From: Candidatus Saccharimonadota bacterium
GTDB lineage: Bacteria > Patescibacteriota > Gracilibacteria > BD1-5 > UBA2023
Direction of reading: 5' to 3'
Assembly (NCBI GenBank): GCA_042852035.1
Contig: BAAFHK010000001.1
Coordinates: 270,001 to 302,000, forward strand
Length of the DNA stretch: 32,000 nucleotides
Numbering within the stretch: position 1 is the stretch's first letter; every line of letters starts with the position of its first letter. Positions 22,904 to 32,000 of the stretch are shown here, piece after piece. The notes beneath the pieces were generated by a model, which saw nothing but the letters and a program-made list of their open reading frames with translations, did no database searches and had not been told where the DNA came from. The position numbers and the translations under genes are program-made.

Positions 22904-22918
22904 TTATTAAATCTATTT

Positions 22919-23314
22919 ATGAACGACCTAAAAAATCTCTATATTTTCCAAGGGTTCTCAGAAGCAGAAGTAGCATATTTTCTCCTCATGAGCCAGACAC
23001 AACTTCGTAAGCAGGGTGATCGAATTATAACAGAAAGAGAAGAGTCAAATGGATGTGCTTATTATGTGACTCGATGAGTAGTAAATGTTACTCGTGATTG
23101 AGTAGAGCTTGCAAATCTTGGTCCTGGGTCATTTTTCTGAGAAATTGCTCTTATTACTGATGAGCCACGTACGGCAACGGTTGTTTGTCTGGAGGACTGT
23201 GAGCTTCAAGTCTTTATGAAGGATGATTTTATTACTCTTTTGAAGCGTAGCGTTCATTCTGAGGAGATGCGAAATGAGGTAATGCGAAGAATCAAAGACA
23301 GGGTGGGGCACTAA
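22919..23314 (+). CDS. Standalone cyclic-nucleotide-binding (CAP/Crp effector-type) domain protein (131 aa)
   Basis: LYIFQGFSEAEVAYFL...GDRIITERE..., then GPGSFFGEIALITDEPRTATVV (the FGE Gly is TGA 23138-23140). This is the canonical cNMP-binding phosphate-binding cassette. No DNA-binding or other output domain follows. Confidence 0.75.
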
Positions 23315-23338
23315 ATAGAGTCCTTAGCTATCCTTCAT

Positions 23339-24244
23339 ATGTCAATGCAAGCACCCGAATGGCGAGTAGACAGCTCAGGTAGTATCCAATCTTTGTCTTC
23401 GCAAGACTTCAGTTCTCTTGCCTTAAGATTGGTCGATGCTGATATAGTAGAGGTTATATCAATGTGGAAAAATCCTGATTTCCTTGGGCGTATTTTTATG
23501 CAGCAGGCCGATCGTTTAGGATTTACTGAAGAAGAAAAAATAGCTTTATTTTGATCGGTTACGCGAGATGTGATGTCTCAAATGGTTTCTTTCAGTCTCC
23601 ACAATGAAGGATATGCTCCATCTGATCAATCAAAGTTAGGTGCTGTGTTGCTAGAAAAGCTACCACACACCATAGAAAGTTATGAAGAATTACGTTCTTC
23701 TTTATTGAATGCAAAATGAATTATAGAAATATATCCAAGCCGTACAGATCGAGTATCGCATATTTATTCAGTGCTTCATCATGAAATAAATCACCTCTGT
23801 ATGATGCTGCTCTATATTTATAGAAATGAAAAGGAGTGAGTATCAATTCAAGAAACAGTTGATGCTATGTCATCATCTTTTTTTCATGAAGTTACCGAAA
23901 CTCTTGCTTGGCTAGATGGTGGTCAAGTTCCAAATTTTGAGCTTCTCCCTCCCGAGTATGCTGAGAAATATGCTTGATGGAATGAATGATGAAGATATGA
24001 TCTCTCAGTCGACTACGATAGAGCAAAACTTCGATCATATCGCATTCATGTACTTCAATTAAAAATTCATAACTTGAGTGATACAACTTCTTCTATGTAC
24101 CAGGACTGGTGTAGGAAAATACGCGATATTCTTTTTGCTTGATTGCGTAATGCTGAGTATCTAACACTTCTTGATGAATATCTCGAAAATAGATGAAATA
24201 AATGAAATCGAGAATTAAGGGATACTCTCTTAAGTATTCACTAA
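23339..24244 (+). CDS. Hypothetical protein with HExxH motif (301 aa)
   Basis: The frame was verified open with TGA=Gly from ATG 23339 to TAA 24242-24244. VLHHEINHLCMM (HEINH at 23780-23794) is the only recognisable motif. The gene starts 24 nt after the cNMP-binding gene. Confidence 0.55.
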
Positions 24245-24271
24245 AAAATACGGATTCACTCCGTATTTTTT
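24243..24271. terminator. Bidirectional rho-independent terminator between convergent HExxH gene and groEL
   Basis: A6-flanked stem AATACGGA / TTCAC / TCCGTATT followed by T6. The element is symmetric, so it is usable on both strands. Confidence 0.7.
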
Positions 24272-24285
24272 AGGATTACATTTTT

Positions 24286-25929
24286 TTAAAATCCCATACC
24301 ACCCATGCCACCCATTCCTCCTCCACCATGAGGATGGTCATGTTCCTTTTCTGGTTTTGGAGCATCCACGATGAGTGCTTCTGTTGTGAGGAACATTCAG
24401 GCGATTGAGATAGCATTCTCGAGAGCACATCGTTCAACTTTTGTTGGGTCAATTATACCTGCCTTTACGAGATCCTTATATTCGTCCATTGCAGCGTCAT
24501 ATCCATAGCTTGCATCTTTATTATTTGCAACTTCATTCACCACTACGGCTCATTCTTTCCCGGCATTATCGGCAATTTGGCGAACAGGGTAGCTTAGGGC
24601 ACGTGCTACGATATTTGCACCAACTTGTTCTGCAGGCGTGAGTTTAACACCTTCGATAGCTTTTGCTGCCTTGAGAAGTGCCACCCCACCACCAGCAACG
24701 ATTCCTTCATCGACAGCAGCTTTTGTAGCATTGAGTGCATCTTCGATGCGAAGTTTTTTCTCTTTCATTTCGACTTCACTTGCCGCACCAACCTTGATGA
24801 CCGCAATTCCTCAGGCAAGTTTTGCGATTCTTTCAGCGATTTTCTCTTTATCATAATCACTTTTCGTAACTTCAATCTGTCGACGAAGTTCATTTACGCG
24901 ACCTTCGATGAGATGTTTTTCTCCACCACCACCGATAATTGTTGTATTTTCTTTTGTTGAGACGACCGCTTTTGCATGACCAAGGTGCTCGATGCTTGCA
25001 TTTTCGAGTTTATATCCAGTTTCCTCTGTTATGAGAGTTGCTCCAGTGAGGATAGAGAGATCCTTGAGTATATCTTTCTTTCTGTCTCAGAAACCAGGAG
25101 CCTTGATGCCAAGTACAGTAAGAACCCCTTTGAGTTTATTAAGGATAATTCCTGTGAGCGCCTCTCCGTCAATATCATCTGCGATGATGACGAGTTCGCG
25201 ACGACCACTCTGGGCAAGTGATTCGAGTACTCCTATGATATCTTTTAGACTTGAAATTTTTTTATCAGTAATAAGGATATGTGCATCAGAGATGCGAGCT
25301 TCCATCTTCTCTCCGTCGGTAATCATATATGGAGAAACATATCCGTTCTCGAACTTCATTCCTTCAGTGACTTCGACTTCGAGTCCAAAGGTTTTTCATT
25401 CTTCGACCGTAATAACCCCATCTTTTCCAACTTTTTCCATCGCATGAGCGATGATCTGTCCGACTTCCGCATCCTGTGCTGAGATAGTTGCTACTTGCTC
25501 GATTTCTTCTTGAGTACCGAGAGTTTTACTCATGTTCGCGAGTTCAGCGACGACGAGAGAACCAGCTTTCTTCATTCCATTTTTAAGTTCTATGGCATTG
25601 ATTCCGGAGCGTATTTCACGAAGCCCTTCCTTTACCATAGCATAGGTGAGAAGGGTAGCAGTGGTTGTTCCATCTCCGGCAGCATCATTGGTTTTGCTTG
25701 CAGCCTCTTTGATGAGTTCAGCACCCATATTCTCGATTTTATCCTCGAGTTCGATTTCTTTGGCGATCGTAACACCATCATTGGTGACCTGTGGCGCGCC
25801 GTATGATTTACTAAAAATCACATTGCGACCCTTTGGTCCCATAGTGGCAGTGACAGTCTTTGCGACCTTCTCCATACCGGAGAACATTTTGAGACGAGCT
25901 TCGTCTCCGAAGTGAATTTGCTTTGACAT
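24286..25929 (-). CDS. groL: Chaperonin GroEL (547 aa)
   Basis: [39 protein letters not shown]...[12 protein letters not shown]. Five in-frame TGA codons (25396, 25087, 24811, 24550, 24397) fall at, for example, [25 protein letters not shown] and SIA-G-MFLTTE. The C-terminus is [13 protein letters not shown]. Stop is TAA 24286-24288. Confidence 0.97.
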
Positions 25930-26135
25930 ATTAATATTTTAGTTATAATAAAAGAAATTAAATCATACTATATGGTAACACCAACCGTTGAATTCCCAGC
26001 AGATAGGGGTCTAAAAGGGAGAGATAGGCTTGAACATATACTTTCATTGCAGAATTCTGTGCGTTTTCCAGCATTCCGCGTTCTTTCATCCAATGAAATG
26101 CAAGAATTTACAGCTGCTCGTGTGCATATGACAGA

Positions 26136-26201
26136 TTTGGAACAATGAGCAATAGCTTTTGGAACAATGAGCAATAGCTTTTGGAACAATGAGCAATAGC
26201 T
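26136..26201. repeat. Three perfect tandem copies of a 22-bp unit in the groES-groEL spacer
   Basis: TTTGGAACAATGAGCAATAGCT occurs at 26136-26157, 26158-26179 and 26180-26201. The copies are head to tail with no spacers. Confidence 0.95.
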
Positions 26202-26280
26202 GATGCAATCCATACAAGAGAATTTATTTTTCGAATTGCAGAGGCTGTTTGAAGAATTCGTTCCGAATGAAAGATGGTTT

Positions 26281-26595
26281 TTAACTAATCTTCGCTAGTA
26301 TATATTCGTAGGCTACAATCTTGTAAGTAGTATCTCCGACTTTTACATCATCACCCGAATATTGTCCACTGATGACTCGATCTCATTTTTTGAGGTCGAT
26401 TTTTATTTCTACACCATTTTTATCGACGCGACCAGGTCCACATGAGATAACCTCATAGAGGCTTGGGCGTTCTTTATTTGCGCTTTCAGGGAGGATTATC
26501 CCACTCGCAGTAATCTTATCGGCTTCGACAGGTCTTAGAAGGACACGGTCAGAAAGGGGAGTGATCTTTTCGATCATGTCATGAGTGATACTCAT
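26281..26595 (-). CDS. groS: Co-chaperonin GroES (104 aa)
   Basis: ITPLSDRVLLRPVEADKITASGIILPESANKERPSLYEVISCGPGRVDKNG...IKIDLKKGDRVISGQYSGDDV. One TGA codon (26383-26385) falls at the conserved G of KxGD. Stop is TAA 26281-26283. Confidence 0.93.
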
Positions 26596-26680
26596 AAATA
26601 AATAGAAAAGTTAAAGAATAAATTTTCGTGGCAATCCACAGAGAAATAGTATACGAATTTTTTAAGAAAGTCAAAAAAAA

Positions 26681-26714
26681 TTAGCACTTAATTTATTGAT
26701 GTGCTAAAATTATA
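26681..26714 (-). promoter_or_regulatory. CIRCE-like HrcA operator plus adjacent -10 box upstream of groES
   Basis: TTAGCACTT-N9-ATGTGCTAA (26681-26707) compared with the CIRCE consensus TTAGCACTC-N9-GAGTGCTAA. On the groES strand a TATAAT (26714-26709) lies immediately upstream of it. I found no convincing -35. Confidence 0.65.
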
Positions 26715-26725
26715 CGAGTAAATCA

Positions 26726-26750
26726 TTAAAAAATCCGCTCATAAGCGGAT
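26726..26750 (-). terminator. Rho-independent terminator of the HD-domain gene
   Basis: ATCCGCT / CATA / AGCGGAT (26733-26750) overlaps the stop codon. On the minus strand it is followed by a T-run. Confidence 0.65.
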
Positions 26751-27382
26751 TATACTGCGTGCATTGTATGCATTTCTTTTTGTGGAACCTCACATCCAAT
26801 CATTGGGAGAAACTTTTCCATATGCTCGATATCCTTCATTTGTTGCTCATGTCGTTCTCGTTTTGCGGTTGAAGTATGGAATTTATATTTCGTAAGAAGC
26901 GTGTAGACGAATTGCCAATAGGCGCAATCTGGTATATCTGCTTTCCCAATTATTTTTAGCTCATCATAATAATCGAGAGAGTAGTAGAATTCTTCTCGGG
27001 TTCATATGTTATCGAGGTCGGCATCTTGAATGATTTCTTCTAGGAGGGTGTGAGGGGTTGAAAAAAGTACGGTTGCCATAATAATGCTCTCGATCTTTTC
27101 AATACGATTTTCTGGATGCCCTTTTTCCATAAGCCACTTACGTGCGATGCGGGCTCAGATGTGTTCATTTTTTTCATATTGCTCTATAAAGCCTGTATCA
27201 TGAAAGAGGCATGCTATCTGTAGGTCTTCGAGATCTTCTCAGGTGACGTTTTCTGCTAAGGCTAGATATGTGGCGCGATTAAAAACTCCTAGAGTATGTT
27301 CCGGATTGTGATAGGGGTAATTTTTGCATTTTTCTTCGAGGAGGCTAAAAGTATAATTTCTTACCTGTTCAACGAGTGACAT
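26750..27382 (-). CDS. HD-domain phosphohydrolase family protein (210 aa)
   Basis: YHNPEHTLGVFNRATYLA...LQIACLFHDTGF...IIQDADLDNIG follows the H...HD...D pattern of the HD superfamily. The frame was verified from ATG 27382 to TAA 26750-26752. Confidence 0.75.
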
Positions 27383-27470
27383 ATATAAAGGGTTATGAAC
27401 TTGAGAGAGTTTTCAAGTATTGATTTCTCGAAATTTAATTCGTTACTATACTAACACTTTTCTCTTTTTC

Positions 27471-27498
27471 TTGCAAAAATGAATCATATTTCTATAAT
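27471..27498 (+). promoter_or_regulatory. Putative sigma70-type promoter of secD
   Basis: TTGCAA (27471-27476), 16-nt spacer, TATAAT (27493-27498), ~70 nt upstream of ATG 27567. Confidence 0.5.
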
Positions 27499-27566
27499 CA
27501 GCCCACGATACGTCACAATAGATTGTGTCTATAGACCCCTCTAAAACTATTATAACTTTATTTTGT

Positions 27567-29306
27567 ATGAAGATTTCGTATAGACTTCTCTTAGTTCTAG
27601 TTCTTGCTATTGGTTCTGGGCTTTATATTTTCCCTTGGGATAAGCTTGGGATTACTCCTCCTGAATGGGTTAAACCATACAAACTTGGTCTTGATCTCAA
27701 TGGTTGAGTTGAACTTGATTATAAGGTCGATCTTACCGAAGTGAGAGCACAAAGCGGACAAATTAATGAGGCAAATATTATTGATAGTCTAAAAAATATT
27801 ATTGACAGACGTGTACGTTCACTTGGTCTTGAGGAGCCTACAATTCAGACAGCGCAATATGGTCCTGGAGAATCACATATTATTGTTCAGATTCCAGTAA
27901 AAGATTATGGGAATATTTCGACAGAGGAAAAAATGCTAAAGAATGCCGAAGACATAAAGAAAGCGAAAGAAACAATCGGAAAAGTCGTAAAACTAGAATT
28001 TAAAGAACAAAAAAAGGATATTACTGATGAAGATAAGAAGCTTCGACAAGACATTGCAAATAAGGCAAAGGCAGAACTTGCCACAACTCCATTTGCTACT
28101 ATCGGTCTCAAATATCGTGATCAATATGAAAACGTTGCCTATATTTCTACTAGCTGATCTCTTGTTCCTCAGGCACAATTTGATGGAGTAGAAAAGGTAA
28201 CAAAATTTCCATTTATCTCGGAGGTGTACTATTCTCCAGGCGAAGAAATGGTAACTCTAGATACCGATGGAAAGCCTACGACAAAAAAATGACCTGGAGG
28301 CTATGCAATCACTCAACTTGAGTCAATGAAAGAAGTTGATGTTCCAGCTGTTGGTACTGGATCAGCAACTAAGAAAAAGGAATATGTGTACTCCGTTCTT
28401 TATATAGATGAACGTCCAAGTACTTGGACTGTTGCGAAAACGAGCGATGGAAAGTCACTGAATGATAAATATCTCACCCGAGCTGGAGTTTCATTTACGC
28501 AGGCTTGATATCCACAGGTGGATCTTGTTTTTAATGATGAAGGAAAAACGATATTTGGTGATCTTACAAAACGCCTCATAGGAAAGCAGATTGCTATATT
28601 TGTCTGAGGAGAGATGCTTACAGCTCCTACTGTTCAGGCGGTTATTTCAGATGGTAGAGCGGTAATTACTGGAGATTATACGATTGATTCAGCTCAGGAT
28701 CTTGCCAATGGTATTAATACCGGTATTGTCCCGGCTCCAATTTATCTCACAAGTGAAAGAACAATTGATGCAAAAATAGGTCGTGATGCACTCAGGGAGA
28801 TTCTCTATGCTTGAATTATAGGGCTTGGTGCAATTATTTTTCTTCTTGTATATTTTTACCACGTCGGAGGACTTCTTGCAGGAATCGCTCTTATTGTTTA
28901 TTCAATGATTCTTATCGCTCTTGTAAAATTCACGAATGTAACACTTACTCTTGCTTCAATTGCTTGAGTTATTCTCTCAATAGGTCTCGCTATCGATGCA
29001 AATATTCTTATATTTGAACGTATGAAAGAGTCGCTACGAGCAGGTCATCTTATGGATAAGGCTATATCTACTGGATTTGCGAAGTCTTGGACTGCAATCT
29101 GGGATTCCCATATTACTTCTCTTACTTCAGCAGTAATTCTTTATGTATTTGGTATATCACTTATAAAGGGTTTTGGTCTTATGTTAGGTCTCGGTATTGT
29201 TCTTTCTCTTTTTACAGCAATGTGGGTTTCTCGAGTGCTTATTGCCGCAGTAGGGAAGACTCGTATTGGTGAGAATGCATGATTATTTGTGGGTCATAAA
29301 GACTAA
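27567..29306 (+). CDS. secD: Protein translocase subunit SecD (579 aa)
   Basis: Five track ORFs in one frame are joined by TGA codons. There is an N-terminal TM (LLLVLVLAIGSGLYIF) and a large periplasmic domain (LGLDLNGGVELDYKV; IAIFVGGEMLTAPTVQAVISDGRAVITG). The C-terminal TM bundle carries ILSIGLAIDANILIFERMKE and FGLMLGLGIVLSLFTAMWVSR. The ATG at 27567 is preferred over the GTG at 27525. Stop is TAA 29304-29306. Confidence 0.88.
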
Positions 29307-29307
29307 T

Positions 29308-29646
29308 ATGTCACTCCAAATCCTTGAATTTACGAGCTTAGGAAATCCCGAAGATGAAGACTTTTTACGGTGGAAACATCGTTATGATAAATTTGGATTG
29401 GAAGTTGCAAAAAAAATCAAGGATTCCTGACGGAGTACACATGTCCTTCTCTCAAATATAAATTCTCTGAGGTCTGTACTTGGAAGAGGCTATAAATTGA
29501 AAAAGTATAATAATTGAATGAAGTTTTTAGATTCTATGGAGGAACTTTATAATCGAGTACGACTTCCTGAAGTGAGAGTGGTAGTAATTGACGCGGTGTA
29601 TTGACTTATTGAGGTTTCAGAAAGTGTGAATGAAGTATTATGATAG
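29308..29646 (+). CDS. Hypothetical protein (112 aa)
   Basis: ATG lies 1 nt after the secD stop. The frame is open with four TGA codons to TAG 29644-29646 and overlaps the murI start by 7 nt. The protein is hydrophilic with no recognisable motif, so it is not SecF. Confidence 0.4.
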
Positions 29647-30335
29647 TCTGATTTTTTGATTCATGACTGGGTGGAAAGGTGGTAATGGAGGAATTCAAGA
29701 GTCTCCATCCTCATTTAGAGGTAAGGCTTTATATGGATCGCCAAAATGCTCCTTATGGAGGCAAGTCTTGAGATGACATTCGCGCACTTACTAGGAAGGG
29801 AGTTGAAAGACTCTTTGATGAAGGATGTGATGTTGTTATTCTTGCTTGTAATACTGCGAGTGTTCATGCTCTTCGATGGCTCCAAAAGGAAGTCTATCCA
29901 GAAAAACATATTTTATGAGTAACAGTACCATGAGCGGAGGCCGTAGTAGAGGCTGGATATAAGAAAATCTGAGTCCTTGCCACCGAGGCAACAGTAAGGA
30001 CTCGAATGTATAAGGAGCGAGTCAATATACTCGATGATTCCGTCCTTGTTGAAGAAGTGGCAGCGCCATGACTTGTGCCACTTATAGAAAAATGAGTCAC
30101 AACGGGTCCTGACTTAGAGAATCTTCTTCGAGAGTATCTTTCGCAATTTTCTCCAGATATTGAGGCGTTAGTCCTAGGATGTACACACTATCCCATCATC
30201 GCTGATACGGTGCAAGTGATATGGTATAGCATGTTTCATAGGCAACTGTCTCTTATTGATCCAGGAGTGGAGGCTGCCAAAAAGTTTGCGATTTGGTGAG
30301 CTCGTCATTATTCATCATTCGGAAGTCACTTCTAA
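29640..30335 (+). CDS. murI: Glutamate racemase (231 aa)
   Basis: MIVGFFDSGLGG, DRQNAPYGGKS, VVILACNTASVHAL, VLATEATV and LVLGCTHYPII are the canonical MurI motifs, including both catalytic Cys contexts. Several conserved Gly are TGA. Stop is TAA 30333-30335. Confidence 0.88.
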
Positions 30336-31971
30336 CATAACTTCTCAGGTCTTCAACTAGATATCAGATTGCTATTCATACCTGAATTGGTTTTGCATCT
30401 GGAAATATAGCTTGTATTGCATCTTCCCTCCCTTTAATGCTAAAGAAGAAATGTTTCGTGTTTGGAGATTTATAGGCAATAAGGTATCCTTTTGAGATAA
30501 GATCCCAGAATAAGTCTCAGAAAGTTTCATGTCAAAGCGATTCTAGATACGGAACTCCTACTCGATTCGCAATAAGCTTATAAAGCGCACTTGGCTGGCG
30601 GTATTTTGGGCCACGAAAAAATGCATCAAGGAGTCATCGAAGTTTATAATAAGGATCTTCCTTTTTTTTGTTTTCAGCTTCAGACTCGGATATGAATTGT
30701 ATCTCTGCACCATATGGAGTATTTCAGAGTTTCATAAAGCCACTCAGGCTCATATTTGTAAAATTCTCATCGGTCATTTTTGACTTTGTTTCATTGATTG
30801 CGATAGGATTTTTTGTGAGGTTTTCTGTCAACCATCATGAATCACTTACGGCTCATTTGTTTTTTAGGACGTAGCCAAAGTCAGGCATAAGATTTGAAAA
30901 TACCGTAATGAGTTCCTTTTTTTCAGCATCACTTGTTGCATTCGGGTAGATGATATTCATGCCGATAATATCCCTCATGGCATCTACATTATTATACTGC
31001 TTCTTCTGCCACATTTTTTGGAGTATGCTTTCAGGTGTCTTTACTCTCCAGTCGATTTTATATACCTTCCCTTTGATGTGTAAGTCAGCATGATATATGA
31101 CGGCACCCGTGATGTGATCTTCGATTATTACATTTTCTATTTTAATTCAGGCCTTTTTTAGTGCAATCTCCATCTCGCCAATATTTTTTTTCGCATTTCG
31201 ACAAAGCTCCTCAATCTCAAGAACTCTTGGCCATGCAAAAAATGATTGTATAACCATCCATGCGTCTTCAACTTTCTCAGGGTCATCGAACATTCTATTG
31301 AGTACTCGAGTACATTCTTTAATGTCTTTGATGTGTTCTAGGGGTCCGAGTTCAAGTCAAAAAACTTTTCCAAGGTAATGAAGAAGTCTTGGAAATACGG
31401 ATGTAAAATATTTCGGACAATCTTTTTCTTTACAGTCATCGATGTTATTCGTAAGTCAAGAAATTATGAGTTTTTCTATCGCTTCTCAACGAGGCTTCTT
31501 TTTAAGTTTCGAGAATGAGTATCATGAACCATCAAGAATGGATACTTGTCTCGATGCAAATGCAATGAGAGAGGGATTATAAAGACTTGCTCTTAGTTCC
31601 TCTTGAAGTTTTTTTCACGTGTCTTCTGGTCTTCATCGTATGAGAAGTGTTTCCATGATATCTGCAATATTTGTTTCATCGATGTAGAGTGATCGAGAAT
31701 CATCAGGTTTGGTCTTTCGATGTTTATTGAGTTTGTTTAGAAAATCTCACCACGCACTCGGGTATTTGCTAAAAAATGACTTGAGTGATTTTGCTTTTGG
31801 AAGATAGGTTTCAAGTAAGACATGGAGATCTCCTCTATTTCTGAGTTCAACTAAATTTTTTACGGTATCTTCGACACTTCTTACAAGGTTTGTAGAGCTA
31901 TTTCTTGTGCTATTTCTCGAGGCATTTATATCTCCAAGACTAAATCGGTTGAGAGTGGAAAGAGCATTCAT
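30253..31971 (-). CDS. Large hypothetical protein with divergent RelA/SpoT-like (RSH nucleotidyltransferase) core (572 aa)
   Basis: All lines were scanned: no TAA/TAG between ATG 31971 and TAA 30253-30255, with many in-frame TGA. The ordered motifs WRVKTPESILQKM (31012-31050), MRDIIGMNIIY (30946-30978) and GAEIQFIS (~30688-30711) resemble the RelA_SpoT pattern RxKxxxSxxxK ... DxxGxR ... ExQxRT, but with substitutions. The N- and C-terminal regions are unrecognised. The 3' end overlaps the murI 3' end by 83 nt. Confidence 0.5.
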
Positions 31972-32000
31972 AATTGATTTCTAAAAAAAATTCTATATAG

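Noticed and set aside
24625-25915. Plus-strand ORFs opposite groEL (24625-24960, 24638-24856, 24992-25447, 25495-25806, 25646-25915)
   Set aside because: They are shadow ORFs of the highly conserved groEL frame, with Ser/Phe/Ala-rich nonsense composition.
26136-26201. Possible CRISPR array
   Set aside because: There are only three directly abutting 22-bp units with no spacers, no cas genes are nearby, and the element sits inside the groES-groEL operon.
25968-26213. 81-aa minus-strand ORF, and a 75-codon plus-strand ORF (25973 to ~26200 with TGA=Gly), in the groES-groEL spacer
   Set aside because: Both run through the 22-bp tandem repeats, giving repetitive Cys-rich or odd sequence, and have no recognisable motifs. 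They are retained only as alternatives in the spacer finding.
29308-29646. Candidate secF in the position downstream of secD
   Set aside because: The encoded protein is short, hydrophilic and has no TM segments, so it cannot be SecF.

Overview
AT-rich bacterial chromosomal segment (G+C not computed) that is only interpretable if TGA is read as glycine. That is NCBI table 25, the code known from Gracilibacteria and Absconditabacteria/SR1 (CPR). Under standard stops GroEL, ClpC, AhcY, MurA, SecD, a UvrD-like helicase and others appear shattered in the six-frame track. Reading TGA as Gly joins the fragments into full-length proteins, with TGA sitting at invariant Gly positions: Walker A GxxGxGKT, AhcY GYGDVGKGC, GroEL APGFGD and LAGG, MurA PGGC, and the cNMP-binding FGE. 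I re-derived gene boundaries by scanning each frame for TAA/TAG only. This gives about 23 tightly packed CDS. In order they are a partial RcnA/NicO-like transporter, a 2,064-aa DUF1800-DUF1501 fusion with Ig-like repeats and two SH3b modules, rpsO, and two tandem rhomboid proteases. A minus-strand block follows: adenosine kinase, ahcY, a UvrD-type helicase with RecB-like nuclease, and a HAD-like protein. Next come an acyltransferase_3 protein, murA, an orphan OmpR-type response regulator, clpC, an SH3b lipoprotein, a standalone cNMP-binding protein and an HExxH protein. The window ends with groES-groEL (CIRCE operator, unusually long repeat-bearing spacer), an HD-domain protein, secD without secF, an unknown ORF, murI and a divergent RelA/SpoT-like protein. 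I found no rRNA, tRNA, CRISPR array or mobile element. The most unusual items are the giant fused surface protein, the RelA/SpoT-like protein, the groES-groEL spacer repeats and the cNMP/HExxH pair. All functional calls rest on motif recognition by eye; no database search was run.
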